From positions 2,112,001 through 2,176,000 of the forward strand of contig CBDFJF010000002.1 in NCBI GenBank assembly GCA_965248265.1: a stretch of DNA of 64,000 nucleotides, written 5' to 3'. Shown piece after piece: positions 8,103-17,419 of this stretch. Numbering within the stretch: the stretch's first letter is position 1; every line of letters starts with the position of its first letter. The DNA comes from Candidatus Latescibacterota bacterium. GTDB lineage: Bacteria; Latescibacterota; UBA2968; UBA8231. The notes below the pieces were generated by a model. It was not told the DNA's origin and made no database searches. It saw nothing but the letters and a program-made list of their open reading frames with translations. The position numbers and the translations under genes are program-made.

Positions 8103-10120
8103 TATCTCAGCTCCCGATCAGTTTTCAGTTTCTCGAACATCAACTCGGCCATGAACTGCATGTCCTCCTCGGCATCCGCGAGCCGATCCTCTCTGCGGTA
8201 GCGGTGGTAGAGCACGTAGGCGTCGTGCGCCTTGTCTTTCTCGCCCAGCTCCTGGTAGATCTTGGTCAGGAAGAAGTAGACCCGGTAGTCCTCCGGCCAC
8301 AGAGAGCGCAGCCGCTCGAAGAGGCCGGCCGCCTCGCGATGGTGCCCCTGAAGAAAGAGCTGCTTGCCGCGAAGGGCCAGGGAATCGGCAGACCGGGGGT
8401 CCTCCCGCAGGATCCGCTGGAGCACCGCTTCGGCCTCCCCGTCCTGGTGATTGCGCATCAGCGCTTCGGCGAGCGCCGAGCCCGCCTCGAGAACGCCCTT
8501 CTCCTCGAACAGGAATCGGTATGCCTCGATCGCCTCGGGGAGCCGGCCGGCCGCGTCGAAGAGGAGGGCCAGGTGCTGATGGAGCTCCTGGCTCTGCGGG
8601 GCCAGCACCGAAGCCTTGCGATACGCCTCGATGCCGCCCTCCAGATCGCCGCTCTTGACCAGGGCAGCCGCCAGCCCCCGCAGCAGGAGTTCCGTCGAAT
8701 CGGCCCCCGCTGCGATCAGCTCGCGGTAGAGGGCGGCGGCTTCCGCAGTCCGCCCCGACTTCATGTACTGCTCAGAGAGGATCTTGCGGGCCCTGTTCTG
8801 GTCGGGCCAGCGCTCCAGGAGGCGCTCGAAAAGGCTCGCGGCGCGCACATTGTCACCCCCGGCCAGGTAGCGATCGGCCAGGACGTAGTAAGCATCGCGG
8901 TTATCCGGATCCAGGGCGACGGTCTCTTCGAACTCTCGCAGCGCGTTGACCTGCAGGCCGAGCTGCTCGAAGGCAATTCCGAGCCAGTGATGCTGGCGGG
9001 CTCGGCCCGCCTGCCCCGCGCTTGGGGCGCTGAGGCCGGCCGCGAGCACGAGGAAGACGGCGCACGCAGCCAAACCCCGACGCCGGGGAAGGACCGGTAG
9101 CGCCGCAACGCCGGCTGCAGCCAGGATCAGCAGCACCGGAACCCCTGGGGCGCGCGTGGCCGAATCGACGGGGAACAGCAGTGCCTGGGCCGTGAAACAG
9201 GTGACGAACAGGAGCAGGGCGGTCTCCGCCGGACCGCGCCGCGCCCGCAGGCGTGAAACCGCGCCGAGCAGCGCGGCGGGCGCCACGAGGCCGAAGGGGA
9301 AGGCCAGCCCCCGATCCCACATGAGCGCCGAAAGCAGCGCGGAATGCTGGCGCCCGTAATAGGGATCGAGCTCGGCCAGGAACTCGCTTCCCTGCCACAG
9401 GGCGTAGAGTCGACTGAAGGCCGCTCCCGCACCGGCTTCGAGGGGTGCTGCCGGTGTCCACGCCGTCCACAGGAAGGCGGCGACGACGGGAGCCAGGGCG
9501 CCCAGGGCCAGGGAGAGGGGCGCGCGGCCCGTTATCCGCTCTCGTTGCAGCAGGAGCCAGAGCACGGTGCCGAGGACGAAGAGGCAAACCCACCACTCGG
9601 TCAGTACTGCCAACCCCAGCAGCAAACCGGCTAGCCAGAGGCGATCTCCACCGAGGGAGAGGGTGCGCGTCAAGAGGACCAGACCGGCGAGGACGAGAGT
9701 CGTCGCCAGCACCGGGGGCTGCAGCTCCGCGGAAAAGTAGATGGACGGCCCGTAGAGGGCGGCCGCCAGGCCGGCGGCAAGGGCCACCCGGGCAGAGAAG
9801 AGACCGCGCGCCAGCGACCACGCCAGGACACAGTTGCAGGCCCCCAGGAATACCTGGGTACCCCTGATCAGAGCATGATTCCCGGCGGCCGCACCCGAGG
9901 CATCGCCGAGTCCCAGGGCTCCCGCCAGCAGCACGTCGTACATCGACGCAAACCCGGACGGGCCTCCCGCGGCGCGTTCGAGATGGCCGATCGCGTCGGC
10001 GACGGGAACATTCCACAGGATATGGTCTCCGGCCTCGTGGACGTAGGTCCACCGGGTCGTCAAACTCAGGGCGAAGACGGCGGCCGCCTCGGCGACGGGC
10101 CGGTTGTCCTGCACGGGCAA
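8102..10120 (-). CDS. Polytopic membrane protein of GT-C (PMT_2/ArnT-like) type fused to C-terminal TPR repeats, cassette copy 1
   Basis: Many hydrophobic segments, ALYGPSIYF motif, then several TPR-like helical repeats. Paralog of 28853..30931. Confidence 0.75.
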   Translation of the reverse strand: MPVQDNRPVAEAAAVFALSLTTRWTYVHEAGDHILWNVPVADAIGHLERAAGGPSGFASMYDVLLAGALGLGDASGAAAGNHALIRGTQVFLGACNCVLAWSLARGLFSARVALAAGLAAALYGPSIYFSAELQPPVLATTLVLAGLVLLTRTLSLGGDRLWLAGLLLGLAVLTEWWVCLFVLGTVLWLLLQRERITGRAPLSLALGALAPVVAAFLWTAWTPAAPLEAGAGAAFSRLYALWQGSEFLAELDPYYGRQHSALLSALMWDRGLAFPFGLVAPAALLGAVSRLRARRGPAETALLLFVTCFTAQALLFPVDSATRAPGVPVLLILAAAGVAALPVLPRRRGLAACAVFLVLAAGLSAPSAGQAGRARQHHWLGIAFEQLGLQVNALREFEETVALDPDNRDAYYVLADRYLAGGDNVRAASLFERLLERWPDQNRARKILSEQYMKSGRTAEAAALYRELIAAGADSTELLLRGLAAALVKSGDLEGGIEAYRKASVLAPQSQELHQHLALLFDAAGRLPEAIEAYRFLFEEKGVLEAGSALAEALMRNHQDGEAEAVLQRILREDPRSADSLALRGKQLFLQGHHREAAGLFERLRSLWPEDYRVYFFLTKIYQELGEKDKAHDAYVLYHRYRREDRLADAEEDMQFMAELMFEKLKTDRELR

Positions 10121-10125
10121 AGCAG

Positions 10126-12798
10126 CTACTCCAGACCGGCGTAGATGGTGACGAAGAACTGGTTGGTCGTCCTCGATTCTCGTTCCTTGAAGTCCTGGTG
10201 CTCGACCGAGGCCCCCAAGAGGGAGCGCATGCGGTAACCTAGATAGTTGGAATCGGTGATGAACTGCAGCGCCACCGTCAGAGAGTTGAAATCCAGCGCG
10301 TCGTCCTCGAGGTCATTGGAGTACAGGTACTCGACACCCGTCTGGACCTTCGACCCCGACAGGACCCTGGTCTCGACGAGGGTCGCCAGCATCTCGCTGA
10401 CACGCGATTGCCTGACGGCGCTGAAGAGCCCGCGGGTCTGGCGAGTGTACTCGCTCTTCCAGCGGGGCTCGAAGAGGAACCGCCCGATCTGGCGCCGGTA
10501 GCTCACCTTGTCCACCACTCCGAAAAAGTAGTCGATACCGCGAAGACCCAGCTCGTCGCGGCGTTCGCCGGACATGCGCTGGTTGTAGTAACTGTGGCTT
10601 ACCTTGTTGACGACCAGCCATGGACCCTGCTGCAGTGAATGCCCGACGAAGGCCTGACTGATCCACGTGTCCCGCGCCAGGAGGGGATCGGCCAGGCGCA
10701 CGAGCTCGCCGCCGCGCAGGCTGTTGTCGGGGGCCCACTGCAGGAGGAGATCGGGAATGTCGTCCTTCACCTGCTGGCCCATCCAGAACGTCCGCAGGCG
10801 GCCGAAGCGCGGCGAGTCGGAATCGATCGTCACCAGGGCGTAATTGCTGTGGTTCCTCTTGTCATCGGAGATCAGCTCTTCCCGCAGCATGCCAACCGAA
10901 AGGGTGACTTCCGGAGTGACGTCGACGCCGCCGTAGACATTGTATCCCTCGCGGTCTCTCTTGTAGGGAAAGTCGGGTTCCTCGTCGTTCTCGTATTGAT
11001 CCACCCAGAAGTTGTGGTTCATGTCGACGCCGAAGAGGAACTCGGGGCGCTCGACGCCGAAACGCAGGAAGGCCTCTTCGTAGTCGGGGATGTTGTTGGC
11101 GCGTATCCGGTTGTCGTTCTGGTTGAAGTCCGGTACGAAATCGTTGTTCGAGTCCCACCCCGGGAAGGTCTCGTCGTCCCCCTGGAGCCAGTCCTGGCGC
11201 ACCGTGTCCGGGGTGCGGTCGTGGTCGTCGTTGTCGTCCACGAACTCCCACCCGAAGAAACGGAGATCGTCGTAGTCTATGATGCCCCGGCGACCGGTGA
11301 CGTAGGTGGACGTGTTGTAATCCGGGTCCATGCTGTAGACCTCGCCGAAGGCAAACCACGGTTCGCTCTGCTGACTGATGTTCATCATCCAGGCGGGGGC
11401 GCTCTTGGCGCCGTCGATGCCGGAGGTGGAGTGATGGGTTTCCTCATCGGAGTTGGGGTACTTGCGATAGCTCCAGCTGCGGTCGTACTCGCCGTAAAAG
11501 TCGAAGCCGAAGGGGCTGCGGATCTCCAGGCTGGCGCCGGCGACATGGGTGGCCGTCGGCAGTCCGTAGTCGAAGCGCACGGTGCGCAGGTTGGTGAGAT
11601 CGCGGACATTGCCCTCGGCCTGGGTCACGAGGAGCAGCACGGGCTGGTCGTCGTCGTCGGTCTGCTGGTCCGAGGTGACCCATACCTGGTAGTCGTTCCC
11701 CAGCTGGAGCTGCAACTGGACCGAGACGATCTCCGTCTTGGCAAAACTCGCCCGGTCGAGAAAATCGGGACTGTCGAAGTCGTAGATCAGGACCATCTCT
11801 TCAGCGCCGTCGGCGGCGATGAAGCCCTGCCGCACGAAACCGCCCTCGATGACAGGTTCGAAGCCGATCTCGCGGCCCCGCTCCACGGTGCCGTCCTGAT
11901 AGGTGATGATGATGTCGGACCCGGCCGGAAAATAGGCAGCTCCCCCCTCACCGTCTTCGGGCGAATCGTCACGCAGCACGAGCTGGATGAAACCGACGTA
12001 CTCGTTCTGGGCCACGGTCAGCTCCCCGGCGAAGGGGTTCCAGCTCGTCTTGTCGCGCAAAGTGTTCGAGTGGTGGGAGTTGACAGCGTGGACGCCCACC
12101 TTGACGTAGTCGCCAACCATGCCGGTGACCCGCCCGCCGAGCAGCGTGGTGTTGTTCGTGTTCTGGACCTCCCGGTCGGCTGTGGTGTTGCCGCCCTGGC
12201 TACTGATGCGGGAGTACAGCATCGTGGCCTCCATCCGGTCGGTGGCCAGGTCGACCTGCATTCCGTTGAAGCGGGGCTTGGAGAACACCATCGGCGTCAG
12301 CGTCGTGCGCAACCGGTCGCTGATGCTCATGGAGTAGCGGTACTGGCCCTTCTGGTCATGGACGACGACGAGGCCCGAAAACCAGTCGCGGAAGCGGGAG
12401 GACTTGAGCAGCGTGTTGCCGAACTGCTGTGGTGTAGTCTGCGAGTTGTTGAAGATCAGCCAGCCCCGAGTCAGGAAGTTGCCGTAGATGTCGTAGAAGT
12501 AGTCGCCTTCCAGGGACGTCTCCACGTAGCGCTGGTACTGGTCGCGCGCGTAGTTGGTGTACTCCCACTGGCGCCACTGATAGTCGTTGTACAGCTCGTC
12601 CGGCAGGTACCACTTGCGCACCGCCGGGTCGATGGCATTCAGCAGCACCCCGGGCCCCTGGGGCGCGTAGCTGTACTCGTGACCTCGGACCAGGCCCAGA
12701 CGAGAGCCGTAATCCTCCTGTCCTGCCACCGGCAGGAGACCGACGCAAAGCAGGCCGAAGAGACCGAGGCCACCAACCAATCTGTCCTGTAGAGTCAT
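10126..12798 (-). CDS. Family A protein (A1, copy 1)
   Basis: Start moved to ATG 12798 (MTLQDRLVGG..., signal peptide); QEDYGSRLG; conserved acidic block; ends FFVTIYAGLE. Confidence 0.85.
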   Translation of the reverse strand: MTLQDRLVGGLGLFGLLCVGLLPVAGQEDYGSRLGLVRGHEYSYAPQGPGVLLNAIDPAVRKWYLPDELYNDYQWRQWEYTNYARDQYQRYVETSLEGDYFYDIYGNFLTRGWLIFNNSQTTPQQFGNTLLKSSRFRDWFSGLVVVHDQKGQYRYSMSISDRLRTTLTPMVFSKPRFNGMQVDLATDRMEATMLYSRISSQGGNTTADREVQNTNNTTLLGGRVTGMVGDYVKVGVHAVNSHHSNTLRDKTSWNPFAGELTVAQNEYVGFIQLVLRDDSPEDGEGGAAYFPAGSDIIITYQDGTVERGREIGFEPVIEGGFVRQGFIAADGAEEMVLIYDFDSPDFLDRASFAKTEIVSVQLQLQLGNDYQVWVTSDQQTDDDDQPVLLLVTQAEGNVRDLTNLRTVRFDYGLPTATHVAGASLEIRSPFGFDFYGEYDRSWSYRKYPNSDEETHHSTSGIDGAKSAPAWMMNISQQSEPWFAFGEVYSMDPDYNTSTYVTGRRGIIDYDDLRFFGWEFVDDNDDHDRTPDTVRQDWLQGDDETFPGWDSNNDFVPDFNQNDNRIRANNIPDYEEAFLRFGVERPEFLFGVDMNHNFWVDQYENDEEPDFPYKRDREGYNVYGGVDVTPEVTLSVGMLREELISDDKRNHSNYALVTIDSDSPRFGRLRTFWMGQQVKDDIPDLLLQWAPDNSLRGGELVRLADPLLARDTWISQAFVGHSLQQGPWLVVNKVSHSYYNQRMSGERRDELGLRGIDYFFGVVDKVSYRRQIGRFLFEPRWKSEYTRQTRGLFSAVRQSRVSEMLATLVETRVLSGSKVQTGVEYLYSNDLEDDALDFNSLTVALQFITDSNYLGYRMRSLLGASVEHQDFKERESRTTNQFFVTIYAGLE

Positions 12799-12856
12799 CG
12801 ACAGGCTCCCGTGCGAAAAGGCAAGTCCGGCAAGGACAGCCGGACTCCGCTCATTT

Positions 12857-14572
12857 TTACTGTTCTGCGTGCCGCTGTTCCAGCTGCTCGTCAAAGACGG
12901 CGATCCGGCCTTCGTACTGCTCCCGCAACGACCGGAAGAGGGCGTCCGTAAGCTTCTGCTTCTCCTTGGAGCGCATTACATATTCGACCGACTTCCGCGC
13001 CTCGTCGAAGGGCTTTATGCGGCTCTCCGAGTGCTCGAGGACGCGAAAAACAGAATAACTCTCCGGCTCCTCCAGGTAAACCGGACCGACGAGCTCGCCG
13101 ACCGGCGCCGCGAAGGCGGCCTCGGCAAGCTCGGGATAGGCACCGGCGCGGTGGTGATGGATCGTCATCCGACCACCATTCCGGTGTCTGCCGTACGAGG
13201 CGACAAGGGGGTTGGCGCTGAAGATCTCCTCGAAGGAGCCCCCCGCCTCGAGCTCGGCGCGCCAACGCCTGGCCGTGGAGTCGGCCTTGGCGTGTACCTC
13301 CTGGACACGGAGCACCTCCCCCGCCCGAAACTTTTCCTGGTTGTTTTCGTAGTAATCGCGCATTTCCCTTTCGGAGAAGGAAATGCGGTCATCCGATTCG
13401 GTCTTGACGAGGAGGTCGATCATGAAACCCCGGTGCTTGCGGTCGCGCCAATCGAAGAAGCCCTCCTCCTTGACCCAACCCAGGTCGTGCGCGGCCATCA
13501 CGAAGAGCTTCGGAAACAGGAGCCGGTTCTCGGCCACGTGGACGATCATCGAGCTGTCGCCCACGGCCGAGTTTCCCATCTCCTCGCGAACCCGGACGAT
13601 GAAATCTCCCGCCGTTATGGTGTCGCCGTCGGCGAAGGAGTACAGCGGCTGGGCGGCCTCCTCCTCGGTCAGATCCGGGCGGCGCTCCGAATGTCGCTGT
13701 ATCAGGGCCCGGAATCCCTCGGGATGGGAGCGGGCGCCGTACTTCTGTCCGAGGACCTCGGCCTCCTCGTTGGTCCGGCGCCACCACTGTTCTTGCCTGA
13801 CTATCTTGGAGAGATCACCCTCGTAGTCCTGGATGTTGGCTTCCCTGTCCTCTTCGAAGCGGACAATCCACCAGACGCCGGGCGACAGTTTTATGAGCAG
13901 CGGCTCGTTCAGGGAGAGGGAGCGGAACTCGTCGGGCGGTATCCGCAGTTTCTTGAGGCCCGTCAATCCCACCCAGGCAACCTTTCCGGAGTCGTCGGCG
14001 CGGGGGTCGCTCTCCCCGTGTTCCTCGAGCACCTCGGCGAAGGGCCTGCCTTGCTCGATCTGCGCGAGCACGGCGCGGGCCTCCCTCTCGGTGCCCTTGA
14101 GGCGGATGCGGCTGACGAGGCGTTCCCGGTCGAAGCCCATGTCGTGAAAGGCGCTCTCGATCTCGGTGGGGGTGATCGCGATCTTGGAGTTGACGAACTG
14201 ACCCTCGTAACGCAGGTAGAAGCGGTGACGCACGGCCGTCTCCAGCTGGTGCGTGACCACGGAACTGGTGTCCAGGCCGCGGGATCTGGCTTCCTGAACG
14301 AGCAGCTCCTGGTCGATCATGGACTCGAGATAGTCCCGGTCCGCCTCGACCCCCTCCTTGTCGCTGAGCAGGTCCAGCGACACCCGGCCGACGAAGACGT
14401 CGAGTTGAGATGCCGTGATCTCCGTGTCGCCCACCTTGGCGAGGACCGGATCGTCCGGGCCGCAACCGCCGAGGAAGAGGAGCAGCAGCAGAGAGGTCGC
14501 GAAGGGGACGGTGAGTTTTCTGACCTCGCGGCTAGCGCCAGGGGTGAGGCGTGTGACGGGGCAGACGGTCAT
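12857..14572 (-). CDS. SurA/PrsA-like parvulin peptidyl-prolyl isomerase lipoprotein, cassette copy 1
   Basis: Lipobox LFLGG|C; VLAKVGDTEIT (SurA-N-like); two rotamase-like regions (G.PFAEV; AAFAAPVGELVGPV); KPFDE..FRSLREQY tail. Confidence 0.8.
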   Translation of the reverse strand: MTVCPVTRLTPGASREVRKLTVPFATSLLLLLFLGGCGPDDPVLAKVGDTEITASQLDVFVGRVSLDLLSDKEGVEADRDYLESMIDQELLVQEARSRGLDTSSVVTHQLETAVRHRFYLRYEGQFVNSKIAITPTEIESAFHDMGFDRERLVSRIRLKGTEREARAVLAQIEQGRPFAEVLEEHGESDPRADDSGKVAWVGLTGLKKLRIPPDEFRSLSLNEPLLIKLSPGVWWIVRFEEDREANIQDYEGDLSKIVRQEQWWRRTNEEAEVLGQKYGARSHPEGFRALIQRHSERRPDLTEEEAAQPLYSFADGDTITAGDFIVRVREEMGNSAVGDSSMIVHVAENRLLFPKLFVMAAHDLGWVKEEGFFDWRDRKHRGFMIDLLVKTESDDRISFSEREMRDYYENNQEKFRAGEVLRVQEVHAKADSTARRWRAELEAGGSFEEIFSANPLVASYGRHRNGGRMTIHHHRAGAYPELAEAAFAAPVGELVGPVYLEEPESYSVFRVLEHSESRIKPFDEARKSVEYVMRSKEKQKLTDALFRSLREQYEGRIAVFDEQLEQRHAEQ

Positions 14573-14702
14573 TGCAGAGTTGCTTCCGGTGAAGATGAGG
14601 CCCAGCCGGGCAGGACCCCTGCCAGCTTCAGAGTGCGAATCAGTAGGGTCTCGGAGCGCTAAATCAGCCCTCTTAGGAGGGTGGCCGGACCCAGCGGGTC
14701 AC

Positions 14703-14742
14703 AATCTACGCAATTTCGAACGCGTGGGGAACCCCTTTTTTT
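14703..14742 (-). promoter_or_regulatory. Possible sigma70-type promoter for cassette copy 1
   Basis: Minus strand: A-tract, TTCCCC, 17 nt, TAGATT. The -35 match is weak. Confidence 0.3.
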
Positions 14743-14974
14743 ATGGACCCGGCGGGCGCTATCGCGACCCCATCGACATTCCGTCTACGCGTCAGATAGC
14801 GAAGGTCATGATGCTCTGCGTGCGCTTGTCTTTGCCGCGTTGGTGCATGGCTCCTCTCTGCTTGACAGCGCCAATGCGTCCTGGCGATCCTACTCCTTCG
14901 TTGATTGCTACTCAAGGAGAAGCGCCTATGGCACACGTGCGCTTGCTGCAGCAACGGGCAGGGGTCGCCAGCGC

Positions 14975-15064
14975 GCACATCGAGAGGTGGCAGTGTTCCA
15001 TGAGCAGATGGGCATGACAGAAGAAGTCAAAGCTGCCTTCGAGCGGGCGACCTTCCTACAGTGA
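14975..15064 (+). pseudogene. Probable remnant of a TPR-protein C-terminus
   Basis: Reads AHREVAVFHEQMGMTEEVKAAFERATFLQ*, a TPR-like pattern. Its TGA overlaps the GTG at 15061. No credible full gene upstream. Confidence 0.35.
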
Positions 15065-17133
15065 GCATGCGAGCGGTTCTATCACACCTGTCTGGCATGA
15101 GCTGGACGTCTTCGAGCGCCGCTTCCGCCGCTCTCTTTCTTGTGGCCCTGGCGCTGCGGTTGCTGCACGTGTTCGAGGCCAGTCATTCTCCCTATTTCGG
15201 CGAGCTCATTCTCGACGAAGGCGAATATCAGACCCTGGCTCGTGGCTTGTTGGGTGGCGAATGGGAGCAAGCGGCCGACGATACCTACGTGCACGGCGTT
15301 CTCTACCCGGCCCTGTGGGCGCTGGTGATGCTGGTCGGAGGTGGGCCGTTGGCGATGCAGATCGTGCAGGCCGTTCTCAGTGCTTCAACCTGCGTTCTTC
15401 TTCAGCGCGCCGCCCGCCACCTGATGCCGCCGGCTGCCGCCATGGTCTGCGGCCTGCTGGCCGCCGTCTACTGGCCCTTTGTCCTGTACAGCAGCCAGTT
15501 GCTGGCCACAACGCTGGTGTTGTTCCTGGTGGCAGCCACGCTGGCCCTGCTGCTGCGACCGGGCGCGACCACGCCGCTGTGCGTGGTAGGGGCGGGGGGC
15601 TTACTGGCTCTGCTGGCCACGACCCGCGCCAACGCCCTGTTACTTGTGCTGCCGGTGTTCCTGTGGTTGAGACAGTTGGCTCGCCAAGAGGGTCGGACTT
15701 TCTGGCGGGGTGGCGCCATGCTCGCTACCGGTCTGCTGTTGGGATTGGCGCCTTTCGTGGCCTTCAACTGGTCGACGCAGGGTACGGCCGCGCCGTTCGA
15801 AGGGGCCTGGAGTTTCTACATGGGCAACAACGCGGAGGCCGACGGCACTCCGTACGCCCGCCAGGGCCTCGACTGGCAACGCCTGGAGTCGGTCGGTTAC
15901 CGCGACGGCTGGGATGCTACGCCTGCGGATCGAGGCCGCATCTATCTGTCCGATGGAGTGACCTTTCTGGCTCACGAACCGGGGATGGCTCTGGGTCTGG
16001 CGTGGCGCAAACTTCGCCTGTTCTGGAATGCCTTTGAGGTGCCGGTCAGTGTTGACCTGGCCTGGTACGCCCACAACACCTGGCTGGGCCGGCTGCTGCC
16101 CGGATTCGGCCTGCTGGTACCGCTGGCGCTGGTGGGCATGGGAGTCAATCTGAAGCAGTGGCGGGGGCGTTGGGGCTTCGCCCTCGGTGGTGTCCTCGCC
16201 TTCCTGCTCTCCGGCTTGCTGTTCACGGTGTGCGCTCGCTACCGGCTACCCGCTCTCCCGTTTCTGATCCTGTTCGCCGCGGACGCACTTCGGTTGGGCG
16301 CAGGAGCCCTGCGAAGTCGCCAACGCGGGACCGCTGCCCGACTCGGGATAGGCCTGGTGGTGGCGACGGTCTGGGTCCACACCGGCGTCGATGCCGCCGC
16401 CGTCGACCACCTGCGACCGCGGTGGCTCCAGGGCAGCATCCACCTGCGCAAGGGCGAGATCGAGCAGGCCATGGTCGATTTGCGCGCTGCAGCCGAAGAC
16501 CATCCGAAGGATGCCGAAGTGCGCAACAGCCTCGCTGTGGCTCTGGAACGCCAGGACCGGTCGCCAGAGGCTGAGACCGTATACCGGGAGGCTCTGCGTC
16601 TGGCGCCCGATCATGCCAAAGCCTGGCTGAACCTTGGGGATCTGTTGCGTCGCCAGCGACGGCTTCCAGAGGCGGCCGAAGCGATCCAGCGGGCCCTGGC
16701 CGTCGATCCCAGGCCCGGCACCCAGCAGAAGGGACGCGTGCTCCTGGGGCAGGTTCTTCTCGAAGGAGGCCGCCCGGGCCAGGCGCGGGCCACACTGACC
16801 GAGGCTCTAGTTATCCTCGACGGTCGCGATCTTCGCTATGCCCTGGCCAGCGCATGTTACCATCTAGAACTGCCTGACGAGGAGGTGGCCCACCTCGAGC
16901 AGGCGGTGCAGCTGGACTCGTCCTTCGCGCCTGCCTGGCGCAACCTAGGGGTCGTTTACCTGCGCCGGGGAGATCTGGTCACCGCCGAGCAGGCCCTCAA
17001 GCGAGCCGCTTCCCTCGATCCGAGTTCATCCACCGTGTACCGGCACCTGGGAGCATTCTACCAGCGCACGGGGCGCCAGAAGATGGCGCGACAGGCCATC
17101 GAGCGGGCTCGCCGCCTCGAACAACCGTTCTAG
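15061..17133 (+). CDS. GT-C family (GT39/PMT_2-like) membrane glycosyltransferase with C-terminal TPRs
   Basis: ILDEGEY acidic motif after TM1, AAVYWPFVLY, TRAN, FYMGNN, ARYRLP, then multiple TPRs. Start 15061 GTG or a nearby downstream ATG. Confidence 0.8.
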   Translation: MSMRAVLSHLSGMSWTSSSAASAALFLVALALRLLHVFEASHSPYFGELILDEGEYQTLARGLLGGEWEQAADDTYVHGVLYPALWALVMLVGGGPLAMQIVQAVLSASTCVLLQRAARHLMPPAAAMVCGLLAAVYWPFVLYSSQLLATTLVLFLVAATLALLLRPGATTPLCVVGAGGLLALLATTRANALLLVLPVFLWLRQLARQEGRTFWRGGAMLATGLLLGLAPFVAFNWSTQGTAAPFEGAWSFYMGNNAEADGTPYARQGLDWQRLESVGYRDGWDATPADRGRIYLSDGVTFLAHEPGMALGLAWRKLRLFWNAFEVPVSVDLAWYAHNTWLGRLLPGFGLLVPLALVGMGVNLKQWRGRWGFALGGVLAFLLSGLLFTVCARYRLPALPFLILFAADALRLGAGALRSRQRGTAARLGIGLVVATVWVHTGVDAAAVDHLRPRWLQGSIHLRKGEIEQAMVDLRAAAEDHPKDAEVRNSLAVALERQDRSPEAETVYREALRLAPDHAKAWLNLGDLLRRQRRLPEAAEAIQRALAVDPRPGTQQKGRVLLGQVLLEGGRPGQARATLTEALVILDGRDLRYALASACYHLELPDEEVAHLEQAVQLDSSFAPAWRNLGVVYLRRGDLVTAEQALKRAASLDPSSSTVYRHLGAFYQRTGRQKMARQAIERARRLEQPF

Positions 17134-17134
17134 A

Positions 17135-17266
17135 GGAAACAGACAATACCGTTTTGCGGAGGGCGGAGTACTGTTCAGCGCCGGCAACTCTATCATCAAC
17201 GACGTTTTGGGGGATGAGCCCGAGGCCGGCTTCAGCCAGACTCGAACCATGACCCTGCTGCGCTGA
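17135..17266 (+). pseudogene. Orphan fragment ending like a T9SS type-A/FlgD-type C-terminal sorting domain
   Basis: Hand translation GNRQYRFAEGGVLFSAGNSIINDVLGDEPEAGFSQTRTMTLLR*; no start codon of its own ahead of the motif. Confidence 0.4.
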
Positions 17267-17314
17267 GCTTCAACCCCCTCTTCAACCGCATCACCTTCGC
17301 AGAGAGCGCCACAT

Positions 17315-17360
17315 AAAAAAAAGTTGGGCAGGTCAACGAGCGACCTGCCCAACCTTTCTC
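17315..17360 (-). terminator. Rho-independent terminator (likely bidirectional)
   Basis: Perfect 12-bp stem gttgggcaggtc (17323-17334) / gacctgcccaac (17342-17353), 7-nt loop. A8 at 17315-17322 gives U8 on the minus strand; pyrimidine tract on the plus side; lies between convergent genes. Confidence 0.85.
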
Positions 17361-17419
17361 TTCAGGCAACCAAGAAGGATCTCTGCCGGGACAGAAGCCC
17401 TCAGGTTGAGAAGTTTTTC

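Noticed and set aside
6138-14662. Long antisense ORFs (6138..8201, 10639..12792, 12869..14662; similar ones elsewhere, e.g. 58508..60049)
   Set aside because: Shadow ORFs opposite well-supported genes, typical of high-GC codon bias; no recognisable motifs.
17230-17300. GGTTCGAGTC on the minus strand resembling a tRNA T-loop
   Set aside because: No cloverleaf, acceptor stem or anticodon arm could be built; the plus-strand protein remnant explains the sequence better.
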